Source: an uncultured Bacillota bacterium (GTDB lineage: Bacteria; Bacillota; DTU025; MWDF01). From it: 32,000 nt of DNA. Below are positions 18,488 to 27,300 of the stretch, one piece after another; the stretch's first letter is position 1; every line of letters starts with the position of its first letter. Under the pieces are notes generated by a model. The model saw nothing but the letters and a program-made list of their open reading frames with translations, ran no database searches and was not told the origin of the DNA. The position numbers and the translations under genes were made by a program. The stretch is from NCBI GenBank assembly GCA_963823655.1, contig CAWGMK010000010.1, positions 425,755 to 457,754 on the forward strand. Reading direction: 5' to 3'.

Positions 18488-20644
18488 ATGAGAAAGCGCA
18501 TCCGTAAGCCCAAAGGGCCGGCAACAGCCATTATCCTGCTCATAGCCCTCGTACTTCTTCTGCAGCCGTCAATTGCGGCTGCGGCCGGGACGAATGTCAA
18601 GGTAACAGCCGAAAGGCTGGTTTATGAGGGCTCGGACATATGGCGCGCCGAGGGCAAGGTTGAGGTTTCCTTCGATGATGTCGTGGTGAGGGCTGATACC
18701 GCAAGAATCGACCTTACGACGAACAAGGCCGAGCTCACAGGATCGGTTACAGTAGAAATGAAGGGCAGCGTCATCTCCTCGGGCCTTGCCGTCGTGGACA
18801 TAAAGACTAAGGAAGTCACTTTCGGGGCGTTCGAAGGGCGGGTAAGCGACGAGCGGGTAGAAGGGTACATCTACATCAACGGGGCCGGGTTCACCGAGAA
18901 GGACGGAGACTACAAGCTGACGGATGGCTATCTGACCACATGCGACCTGCCTCAGCCTCACTACAGGATAGAGGCCAAAAGCATAGAGTTCACCGAAGCT
19001 GACGTCATAGTCGCAAAAGACGTTTCATACTTCGAGGGCAATATTAGGCTCCTGCGCCTTCCTTCGCTGACCATACCTCTTAGGGAGGAGGACAGGATCA
19101 TCCTTCCTGAGTTCGGCTGGAGCGGAATAGACGGCGCATACATCAAAACTACGATGAAAAGGCAGCTTAACGAGGACAACAGGCTGACACTAAGGCTGGA
19201 TTTCTTCACGGTAAGCGGCCTGGGGCTGGGCCTGAAGCACGAGTACGGCATAGAACGGCAAAGGTGAATGGATACTACTCCCTGTATGTGCTAAAAAGCC
19301 TGATGAACCCCGCCTCCGACTGGACCGCCGAGATCTCGCAGACGCTTAAGCTGCCTTTGGATATCATAGCGACCGGCAAGTATTCTTACAGGAATACAAC
19401 AAATGCGAGCCTTGCCAAATCGGAGGAGCACTTCGCCGAGCTCAAACTGAACAGGAGCGTGGAGGACGACAAGACCGCGATTGCCGCATCTTACCGATAC
19501 AAGGACGCAGTAGCCGATACATCCACCTTGAACTTGTCTGCATCCCACTCCATGACGCTCTTAGAGGATATCAAGCTGTCGGGAAGCGTAAGCTACAGGA
19601 GGACCGAGATAAACGACGCTTTGAATTTCGAGAGCATGACTTACAAGGCAACTTTGTCCCACCAGACGGAACAGGGAAGGCTTACGCTAAACGTCCAGGC
19701 CTCCGAAACGATGAACGAAAGCCAGGAAGTAGTCGTCGCTTCGTTGAAAAGGCTGCCTGAGCTGCAAATAGAGCTTTTCAAGATGCCTATCGGGAAGCTG
19801 CCTTTAAACATCGGCGTCAAGATGACTGCCGGCAGGTACGTGGAGAGGATTCTCAATACTGACCCGATAGAGTTCTCTGGATGCGGGCAAGGGCGAGGCT
19901 GATATTAGCCTTGCCATCGACAGGGTGGACCTTTGGGGATTCGCCACATACGATCTGGCCGGCACATTTATCGGCAGCCTCTACTCTACCGGGGATTCAA
20001 GGGCGTACCTTGGCGTAGCGACTTCGCTGAATGTGACTCCGATAAAGGGATGGGGCATAAAGCTGTCGTACGATTACTTGAAGGGCTTCGGTTCGAGCCC
20101 ATACAGGTTCGACGCGCTTAACGAGAAGAACAAGATTGCCCTGTCTACTTCCGCTTCGTTCTACGGCGTAACTGCTTCTGCTTCGTCGGGCTACGACTTC
20201 ATCAAACTGAAGTACGACAGCCTCTCCGCGGGGCTAGGCTACAAATTTGAGGACAAGTACCAGGCGGATGTCACAGCGAAGCTTTCCCTGCCGGATTTCG
20301 GGATACAGACTATTGTAGGAAGGCTCACCATAAGCCCTATCGAGGAAGTAAGCCTGAAGTTCGGCCTAGAGTACAATGGTTCGCTCAACAAGATTAGCAA
20401 GATCGAGACGAGCGGGAGCCTTAGCATACTCAAGGAGTGGAAGGTAGGCTGGGCGGTAATATACGATGTGGCGAGGGAAGGCTTGAGGAAGGCGGACTTC
20501 GCGCTGACAAAGGATTTGCACTGCAGGGAGATAACGGCAGGCTACCAGGTCGTTGACAAGAGGTTCTTCGTCAACTTCAAGTTCAAGGCCTTCCCTGACA
20601 TACCGATCGGGATCGGCTCGGACGACTGGAGCCTATTTAACTAG
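18488..20644 (+). CDS. lptD: LptD/OstA-like outer-membrane LPS-assembly protein; interrupted by two apparent frame disruptions (about 19250-19258 and 19870-19890)
   Basis: Signal-peptide-like MRKRIRKPKGPATAIILLIALVLLLQPSIAAAA; OstA domain 'VKVTAERLVYEGSDIWRAEGKVEVSFDDVVVRADTARIDLTTNKAELTG'; 'LTTCDLPQPHYRIEAKSIEF', 'FGWSGIDGAYIKT', then barrel-like beta-strand repeats across ORFs 19264-19902 and 19925-20644. Confidence 0.8.
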
Positions 20645-20671
20645 AAACCGCAAGGAAGGAGGGCTTACGTC

Positions 20672-21316
20672 GTGAATACCAGGGTGGGGATAGCGATATT
20701 CCTGATTTTCGCAGCTCTCGTGGGCGTGTCCTACTATTACGGTTTCGTTAGGCAGGAGCCCTCAATAGAGGCGGCGCAAGAGGCGGTTGACGACAAGGAC
20801 CTTCCTGAAGTGCTCATAAAGGGGCTTACGATATCTAGCTGGACCGGCGGCGCAAGGGTTTGGGAGATGAAAGCCGACAGCATGGAGCTGCCCCGATTCG
20901 GCAGGAACGCCACGCTCACAGGCATCAAGGAAGGCACCATATTTAGGGATGATGTAGCTTATCTGGGCTTTTCCGCGGGCAGGGCGGCCGTCGACGGCAG
21001 GAACAGGATGCAGTTTTCGGAAGGCGTGCTGATCATGTCTCAGGGCAAACCCCTGATGGTAACCGAGTCGATGGTATGGGACCCTGTGACGCAGCTGGTC
21101 AACATCCCCGGAGAGACCGAGATAACGGCGGACGGCAGCAAGGTGACGGCGAAGAACCTTACGGTGGACCTTAAGGACGAGTACATTTCTACGACCGGCG
21201 ATATAATCGCCCAGCAGGGCGACAGCGTAAAGATAACGGCAGGGAACATGAGGTATTCGGTCACCAGGCGCGAGATGGAGATCATCGGGCCTTTGACGAT
21301 AACGATAGACCTCTAG
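20672..21316 (+). CDS. lptC: LptC-like LPS export protein
   Basis: Single N-terminal TM followed by OstA/LptC-type strands 'ARVWEMKADSMELPRFGRNATLTGIKEGTIFRDDVAYLGFSAGRAAVD...AKNLTVDLKDEYISTTGDIIAQQGDSVKITAGNMRYSVTRREMEIIG'. GTG start with strong RBS (aaggagggc). Confidence 0.82.
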   Translation: MNTRVGIAIFLIFAALVGVSYYYGFVRQEPSIEAAQEAVDDKDLPEVLIKGLTISSWTGGARVWEMKADSMELPRFGRNATLTGIKEGTIFRDDVAYLGFSAGRAAVDGRNRMQFSEGVLIMSQGKPLMVTESMVWDPVTQLVNIPGETEITADGSKVTAKNLTVDLKDEYISTTGDIIAQQGDSVKITAGNMRYSVTRREMEIIGPLTITIDL

Positions 21317-21331
21317 GAAAGGGGTGCACAG

Positions 21332-21994
21332 ATGATAAAGAGCAGATCAAGAACGGCAATCGCCGCGGCACTGATCATCCTGGTACTGGCCTCTACGGCG
21401 CTTGCGGCCAAACAGGTCAAGATCACAGCCTCCAAGAAGCTCAGCTACCAGGGCGCCAAAGGCGACGCAATGGTAGAGGGCGACGTAAAAATCGAATACG
21501 ACACTACCCTGATTACAGCCGATAAAGTGATTTTCAACAGCGACAACAAAACGGCTAGGGTGGACAGCGGCGTGCGCATAGTGCAGGACAATATCGTCAT
21601 CACGGCCAATGTCATGAACGCCGACTTTAAAACCGAGAAAGTCATGGTCAGCGGCAATGTTAAGCTGGAGATGACAGAGACTCTTGCCGAGAAGGATGCC
21701 AACGGCGTCGCAAAGAAGGATGTCGTGCTGCTTTTAACTTCAAGCATGACTATTGATATCAATACAAACGACTTCACGGCGTCCGGCGGAATAATAATAA
21801 CCAAGGACAAACAGAAGGCACAGTCCGGAAGCGCTGCATACATCGAGGCTGAGAAGAAGATAACCCTTACGGGAAATGTCAGTATCGAGACCAGCGACGG
21901 CGATACCGTAAAGGCCGAAAAAGCGGTCATCTATACGGACAAGGATACTTTCGAAGCCGAGGGCGAACGCATAGAGATCAACTTCATCGTATAG
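21332..21994 (+). CDS. lptA: LptA/OstA-domain periplasmic LPS transport protein
   Basis: Signal peptide plus repeated OstA strands 'KLSYQGAKGDAMVEGDVKIEYDTTLITADKVIFNSDNKTARVDSGVRIVQDNIVITANVM...KITLTGNVSIETSDGDTVKAEKAVIYTDKDTFEAEG'. Confidence 0.87.
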   Translation: MIKSRSRTAIAAALIILVLASTALAAKQVKITASKKLSYQGAKGDAMVEGDVKIEYDTTLITADKVIFNSDNKTARVDSGVRIVQDNIVITANVMNADFKTEKVMVSGNVKLEMTETLAEKDANGVAKKDVVLLLTSSMTIDINTNDFTASGGIIITKDKQKAQSGSAAYIEAEKKITLTGNVSIETSDGDTVKAEKAVIYTDKDTFEAEGERIEINFIV

Positions 21995-22010
21995 CGTTAT
22001 CGGAGGCAAC

Positions 22011-22730
22011 ATGGGAATTAGGGCGGTCAAGCTTACGAAGTCGTTCTCCGGCCGGAATGTGGTGGACGGGGTCGACATCAACCTGGAGCGCGGGGAGGCA
22101 GTGGGACTTTTCGGACCCAACGGGGCCGGGAAGACCACGACCTTCTACATGCTCCTGGGGCTTGAAGTGCCCGATTCCGGCCTTATCGAAGTGGACGGCC
22201 GCGACGTCACCGAATTGCCCGTTCACATGAGGGCCCAGCTTGGCATAGGATATCTGGCCCAGGAGCCTTCGATATTCAAGCGCATGAGCGTACAGGGCAA
22301 CATCGCCTCTGTGCTAGAGACGCTCAGGCTGCCCGCAAGGCAGGTCAGGCAGAAAACTCAGGACCTGCTTGAGGAGTTCAACCTGACCGATATCAGAAGG
22401 CAGATGGGCTTTACCCTGTCAGGCGGAGAGCGAAGGCGAGTGGAGATCGCAAGGGCCGTGGCTATAGCACCTTCCTACCTGCTACTCGACGAGCCTTTCA
22501 CGGGAGTTGACCCTTTAGCTGTGATGGAGATACAGGGCATAATAAGAAGGCTGAAGTCGCAGGGGCTTGGCGTGCTGATTACTGACCACAATGTGCGCGA
22601 TACGATGGCGATAACCGACAGAGGGTATATAATGTATACAGGCAACATACTTGTATCAGGCACTCCGGAGCAGATTTCGGCGGACCCGCTGGCAAGGAGA
22701 TTTTACCTTGGCGACTCATTCAGCTTCTAA
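22011..22730 (+). CDS. lptB: LPS export ABC transporter ATP-binding protein LptB
   Basis: Walker A 'FGPNGAGKTTTFYMLLGL', 'GYLAQEPSIFKRMSV', signature 'LSGGERRRVEIARAVA', Walker B 'YLLLDEPFTGVDPLAV', 'VLITDHNVRDTM'. Confidence 0.96.
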   Translation: MGIRAVKLTKSFSGRNVVDGVDINLERGEAVGLFGPNGAGKTTTFYMLLGLEVPDSGLIEVDGRDVTELPVHMRAQLGIGYLAQEPSIFKRMSVQGNIASVLETLRLPARQVRQKTQDLLEEFNLTDIRRQMGFTLSGGERRRVEIARAVAIAPSYLLLDEPFTGVDPLAVMEIQGIIRRLKSQGLGVLITDHNVRDTMAITDRGYIMYTGNILVSGTPEQISADPLARRFYLGDSFSF

Positions 22731-22742
22731 CCGGAGGTTTAT

Positions 22743-24083
22743 TTGAACGGAGTAGTGCTGATTGCCGTATTGGCAATAATAGGAGGCCTTGTCGCAATCG
22801 CAGGCGACAGGATAGGCATGCGCATAGGGCGCAAGAGGCTTACCCTCTTCGGGCTCAGGCCGAGGCACACTTCTATTCTGATAACCTTCATAACCGGCAT
22901 CGTGGTCGTCGCGCTCACTGTCGCTGTCTTGTCCCTGCTTTCTGAGAACGTAAGGATTGCGATCTTCAAGATACAGGAGCTTCGCAGCGACCTTGCGGAA
23001 ACGAATGAAGTGCTCAAGGTTACCAAACAGGAATTGACCCTCAAGATGGACGAAGCGCAGCAGCTTACCGACAGGGTGGAGAGCATCGGCAAGCAGTATG
23101 AGTCCTTGAAGTCCGATTATGGGATAATCAGTGCCGAGCTTAGCGATGCGAACGCCGAGAAGGTTCAGACATATAATGAGTTGAAAAGCCTGAAAACGGG
23201 CCTTGAGGAAATACAAAGGAAGCTCGTTTCCACAGAACAGGATTTAAACGCCGCAAGCGCGGAAATCGTCGAATCGGATTTGATGCTAAAAAGCCAGCAG
23301 AGCGAGATTTCGGGCTTGTCATCCGAAAGGGAGCTGCTCGAAAAGGAGATCCTAAGCCTTCAGGACACCAGATCAAAGCTCATCGAAGAGGCAGCGGTGC
23401 TTGAAAAGCAAGTGGACAGCCTGATGCAGACAAGCCTGCTGCTCATACAGAGCAAGCAGACCTCGATGACAAGGCAGGTCATCTTTTATGCCGATCAGAT
23501 TATATTGGGTACTGTGATAGACTGCGTGCAGCCTGTTGAAATCATCCATACCCAGATAAACGACTTCCTGATAAAGGTCAACACGCTGGCCAAATCAAAG
23601 GGCGCGGGGGAAGTGGCGGGCCGCCAGGACGGCTCCGTGCTGAATTTCGACGAGGACAATGTTCTTAGTGCTTTCCAGAAAGTATATTCGTCTTCCGGCA
23701 AGGTGGTAATGAGGGCCGTATCGCCGGTCAACAGCTGGCCGGGCGAACCTCTTTGGATTTCTCTTCATACATTGCCGGATGAATTGATCTTCTTTGAAGG
23801 CCAAGTAGTCGCCAGCAGGGATGCAGACGGCAGGCTCGGAGCCGACAGGATACAGCTTGAGATTCTAGGCCTAATTGAAGAGGTAAATGCGATTGCGCTG
23901 GCCAAAGGCATGGTTAGCGACGATGAAGGGCGCATAGGGACTTTCATTAAAGCCCTTCAATTTACCGAGGCAATCATCGCGGCTTTGGAGTCGGGCCGCA
24001 CAGTCAAGATAGAAGTCAAAGCGGAAGAGGACATCTGGCGCAGTGATAGCACACCTACAATGGGTTTGCATGTGGTATATTAA
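22743..24083 (+). CDS. DUF3084 domain membrane-anchored coiled-coil protein
   Basis: Two N-terminal hydrophobic segments, coiled coil, then 'VIFYADQIILGTVIDCVQPVEIIHTQINDFLIKVNTLAKSKGA...RLGADRIQLEILGLIEEVNAIALAKGMVSDDEGRIGTF', characteristic of DUF3084. TTG start with ggaggttt RBS. Confidence 0.85.
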   Translation: MNGVVLIAVLAIIGGLVAIAGDRIGMRIGRKRLTLFGLRPRHTSILITFITGIVVVALTVAVLSLLSENVRIAIFKIQELRSDLAETNEVLKVTKQELTLKMDEAQQLTDRVESIGKQYESLKSDYGIISAELSDANAEKVQTYNELKSLKTGLEEIQRKLVSTEQDLNAASAEIVESDLMLKSQQSEISGLSSERELLEKEILSLQDTRSKLIEEAAVLEKQVDSLMQTSLLLIQSKQTSMTRQVIFYADQIILGTVIDCVQPVEIIHTQINDFLIKVNTLAKSKGAGEVAGRQDGSVLNFDEDNVLSAFQKVYSSSGKVVMRAVSPVNSWPGEPLWISLHTLPDELIFFEGQVVASRDADGRLGADRIQLEILGLIEEVNAIALAKGMVSDDEGRIGTFIKALQFTEAIIAALESGRTVKIEVKAEEDIWRSDSTPTMGLHVVY

Positions 24084-24117
24084 TTACATGATATTTTTCC
24101 AAGCCTTTTGCTCTGCC

Positions 24118-24147
24118 TTGATAAAAAAGCACAATTAGATGTATAAA
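24118..24147 (+). promoter_or_regulatory. Putative sigma70-type promoter of the SLH outer-membrane protein gene
   Basis: TTGATA (24118-24123), 18-nt spacer, TATAAA (24142-24147), in the most AT-rich gap of the window. Confidence 0.55.
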
Positions 24148-24201
24148 GAAGAAGGATTACTAGCTTTATTGAAGAAAATATAAGAGAAAATACTATTCAA
24201 T

Positions 24202-24315
24202 GCCCTGCCCGTTCGCAAAAAAACATCAAAGGGCGCGCATAAGGGCGTAAGATCAAACCACCGGTGAAGGAAACTAGGAAACTTCACTGGTGCGGAGGTT
24301 TATGGTTTGGTGGTT
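24202..24315 (+). promoter_or_regulatory. Structured 5' leader of the SLH outer-membrane protein mRNA
   Basis: 11-bp stem caccggtgaag (24259-24269) / cttcactggtg (24282-24292) with one G-U; alternative pairing aaccacc (24256-24262) / ggtggtt (24309-24315) shares bases with that stem; gccct (24202-24206) can pair with agggc at 24230-24234 or at 24242-24246. Confidence 0.5.
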
Positions 24316-24345
24316 AATCAACAAAGCCAAGGGGGGTAAGAACAC

Positions 24346-27300
24346 ATGAAGAGAACCGTAGCAATGCTAATTGCGGTTCTGCTTGCCGTGGCGGTAGCAT
24401 TACCAGTCATGGCAAGTCCGTACACGGATCTGCCCGATACACATTGGGCACTATCGGCCGTGTATGAGTTGTCCGCACTAGGAATCTTCGAAGGCTATCC
24501 TGACGGAACCTTCAAGGGACCGCAGCCAGCAACGAGGTACGAACTGGCAGTAGTCATCGCCAGGCTCCTGAAGTATCTGGACCAGGAGATAAGTGCCCGC
24601 ATGGCGGCATTGGAAGCCAAGATTCCGGCTGCCACAGCGGCGGCAGTCGTACCGACTCCGACTCCCGTACCGACACCCGCGCCGGTAACCACGGTTGTTC
24701 AGGTGGAGCCCGACCAGACAATTCTTGAGACCATTATCAGGGAGAAGATCGAAGCCCTGGTAGGGCCCAAGTTTGAGGACATTGACGAGAGGATCGCTGA
24801 ACTCTATGCAATGATCCAGGACCTCAAGACAGAGTTCTCCCGCGAGCTCTCAGTCCTTGGCGTCCGCGTGACAGCCCTGGAAGATGAACTCGCAAAGATC
24901 AAGGAGAGGCTGGCCAAAGCAGAGGCAAACATCGGCGCCCTGCAGCTCCAGCTGGATCCCGCTCTTGTAAGGATAACGGTCCTCGAGAGCAGAGCGAACG
25001 CAGTCGACAGGCAGCTTGAGGAGCTCAACCTCGCCCTGTCCCAGAAGGCGAACGCCCCCGAAGTAGAAGCGCTCAAGGCGCTAATACTCGGCCTCGAAAA
25101 GGACAACGCGGCACTAGCGGCAAGAGTAGCCGCCCTGGAAGGCAAGCCTGCGGTAGTGATACCGCCGATGCCTGTAATACCCGCCGCGGCCAAGCCTGAG
25201 GAAGTTGAGGCCCTTAAGGCCCTCATGCTTTCGATGGAAAGAGACAAGGCAGCCTTGGCAGCAAGGGTTTCCGCCCTTGAAGCCGTCAAGCCTGTAGTAG
25301 CTCCGGTAATTACAGCACCGGTCGTCCCGGCCCCTGTAGTGCCGGCGCCAGTAGTACCCCGCTCCAGTAGTAGTGAGCTCTGGAGTAAGCGCAGCCGAGC
25401 TAGCTGCAGTCAAGGCATTGGTGCTCAACCTCGAAGCTAACAAGGTCGACGTGCTTATGTCCAAGCTGGGCGCCCTCGAGTCCAAAGTACTCGCCCTCGA
25501 ATCCAAGCTCAACACAGTTGACACAAGGGTAGGCAACCTTGAGCTCAAGTCAAACGAGCTCGAAGCCGAAGTCGACATGGTGGCCGCGCAGTCCGGACAG
25601 AATGCAGCCGACATAATCGACCTCTACAGCCTCTCCTATAAGAATACCGATGATCTCAACTTCCTGAAGGCAGACCTTGCTGCAAAGTTTGCGGACCTTG
25701 AGGCCAGACTGGCCGCCAAGCCCGAAGCAGTAGCAAGCGTTTCAGGCGCAAGCCCTGAGAGCGTTGCCCTTCTGAAGTTGGACATCCTTGAGGCTCAGGA
25801 TGACATAGAGAAGCTGAAGGCCCTCTATGCGCAAGTCGGAGACCTCACCGCGCGCCTTGATGCAGCCGAGTCGAAGCTGATGCTCCTCGACGAGAAGGTT
25901 GCCATGCTCAATATGGACCTTGCGGCACTTGAGAGCGAGAAGGTAGACAATGCCCTCGTAAGGATCGGCCTGCTCGAGCTTCAGACCGCTGATCTATATG
26001 ACAAGTATGGCATGTTGGCTGACGGCCTCAACGCGATGGGCCTTGAAGTCACCAGGAACTCGGAAGACATCAACGACTTGTACATCCAGCAGAACAAGAC
26101 CAACAACCTGCTCAAGAACCTGGCAGCAGCTGACCTCGCCCTCAACGACAGGGTAGCGGCCATAGAAGCGGCCAACAAGATAAGCGCAGATGCCCTGGCA
26201 GCAAGGGTAGCTTCCCTTGAAGGCGCATCGGCAGAAGGCGCAGCGGAGACGCTAAGCCTTAAGAACGGCCTGATGGGATTGATCGACAAGGTATCGAACC
26301 TCTGGATCAACAAGTTCCTGCTCTCAGGATCGTTTGAAGTCAAGTTCACCGATGTGGCCGTCGTAATGGGATTGCCGTACAAAGATCCGTTCGACAACAC
26401 GACCACAGCTATAGTTCCGAGCAATTCGTACTACGGCAAGCTGACATTGAAGGCGACGATCAAGCCTGAGCCCGGCGTGGAAATCAATGTCGGTCTTAAT
26501 GCCGGCGTAGATACTTATGGCATAAGCGATGTCAGCGCCCTCGTGTTCAACGGCGACCTCGACATCAAGGTCACCTCGCCCAACGGCTACGGCCAGCTCA
26601 TCGGCGGCGAGCAGGCCAGGCCCAAGTATCTCAGCAAGTACGTATTCTCATCGATCCTGTTCGCAGACGAGGCGTTTGAAGGACTCGGCGGCTGGGCGAA
26701 GTTCGCACCCGGCATGGAAGGTCTGACACTGGGCGCCTCCGCAATAGTCGCGAAGAAGGGTTCGACCACCGACTTCAGGTATGTATGGGGAATGGCCGGC
26801 AATGTGAACTACGCTGACGTAGCCGATCTTACTCTCTACTACTTCGCAATCGATGACGCACCCAACTCGGGCGACATCCCGGGCGTCTATGATGGAACCG
26901 AAGATCACATCGGCCTCAGCGCAGACTTCAAAATGGGCGAGAACTGGACGGCAGGCGCATTCGCCAACCTGTTCTTCAACGATGTGAACCCGGATCCGGA
27001 GAGCGCAATCACCGCATACATCGATGGCAAGGTCGGAGTATGGAACATGAGCCTTGGCTTCGAGCGCGTGAGCGATGCCTACACACCGATGTATGCTGAG
27101 TTCGTCGACACCGACGATCCGGACATCATCGAGAACGACATAATGAACCTTACGATGAGCAATAGCTTCGACGTCCTGCCCAACCTGGTATTCGGTCTGG
27201 ATACCGAGCTCAACGGCGACGACGATTGGGCCAACCTGACCCATATCAACGAAGTGTATGCCAAGTACTCGTTCGGCAAGGCGACTGACCTGTTCAACGG

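Noticed and set aside
24202-24315. Possible c-di-GMP or SAM riboswitch in the SLH leader
   Set aside because: I could not find the conserved core sequences of the c-di-GMP-I or SAM aptamers; kept only as an unclassified structured leader.
24804-25289. Ser/Ala-rich minus-strand ORF
   Set aside because: Artefact of antisense reading of the coiled-coil Ala/Glu/Leu codons.
26529-26726. Short + strand Ser/Arg-rich ORF within the SLH gene
   Set aside because: Out-of-frame overlap with a well-supported CDS and low-complexity sequence.
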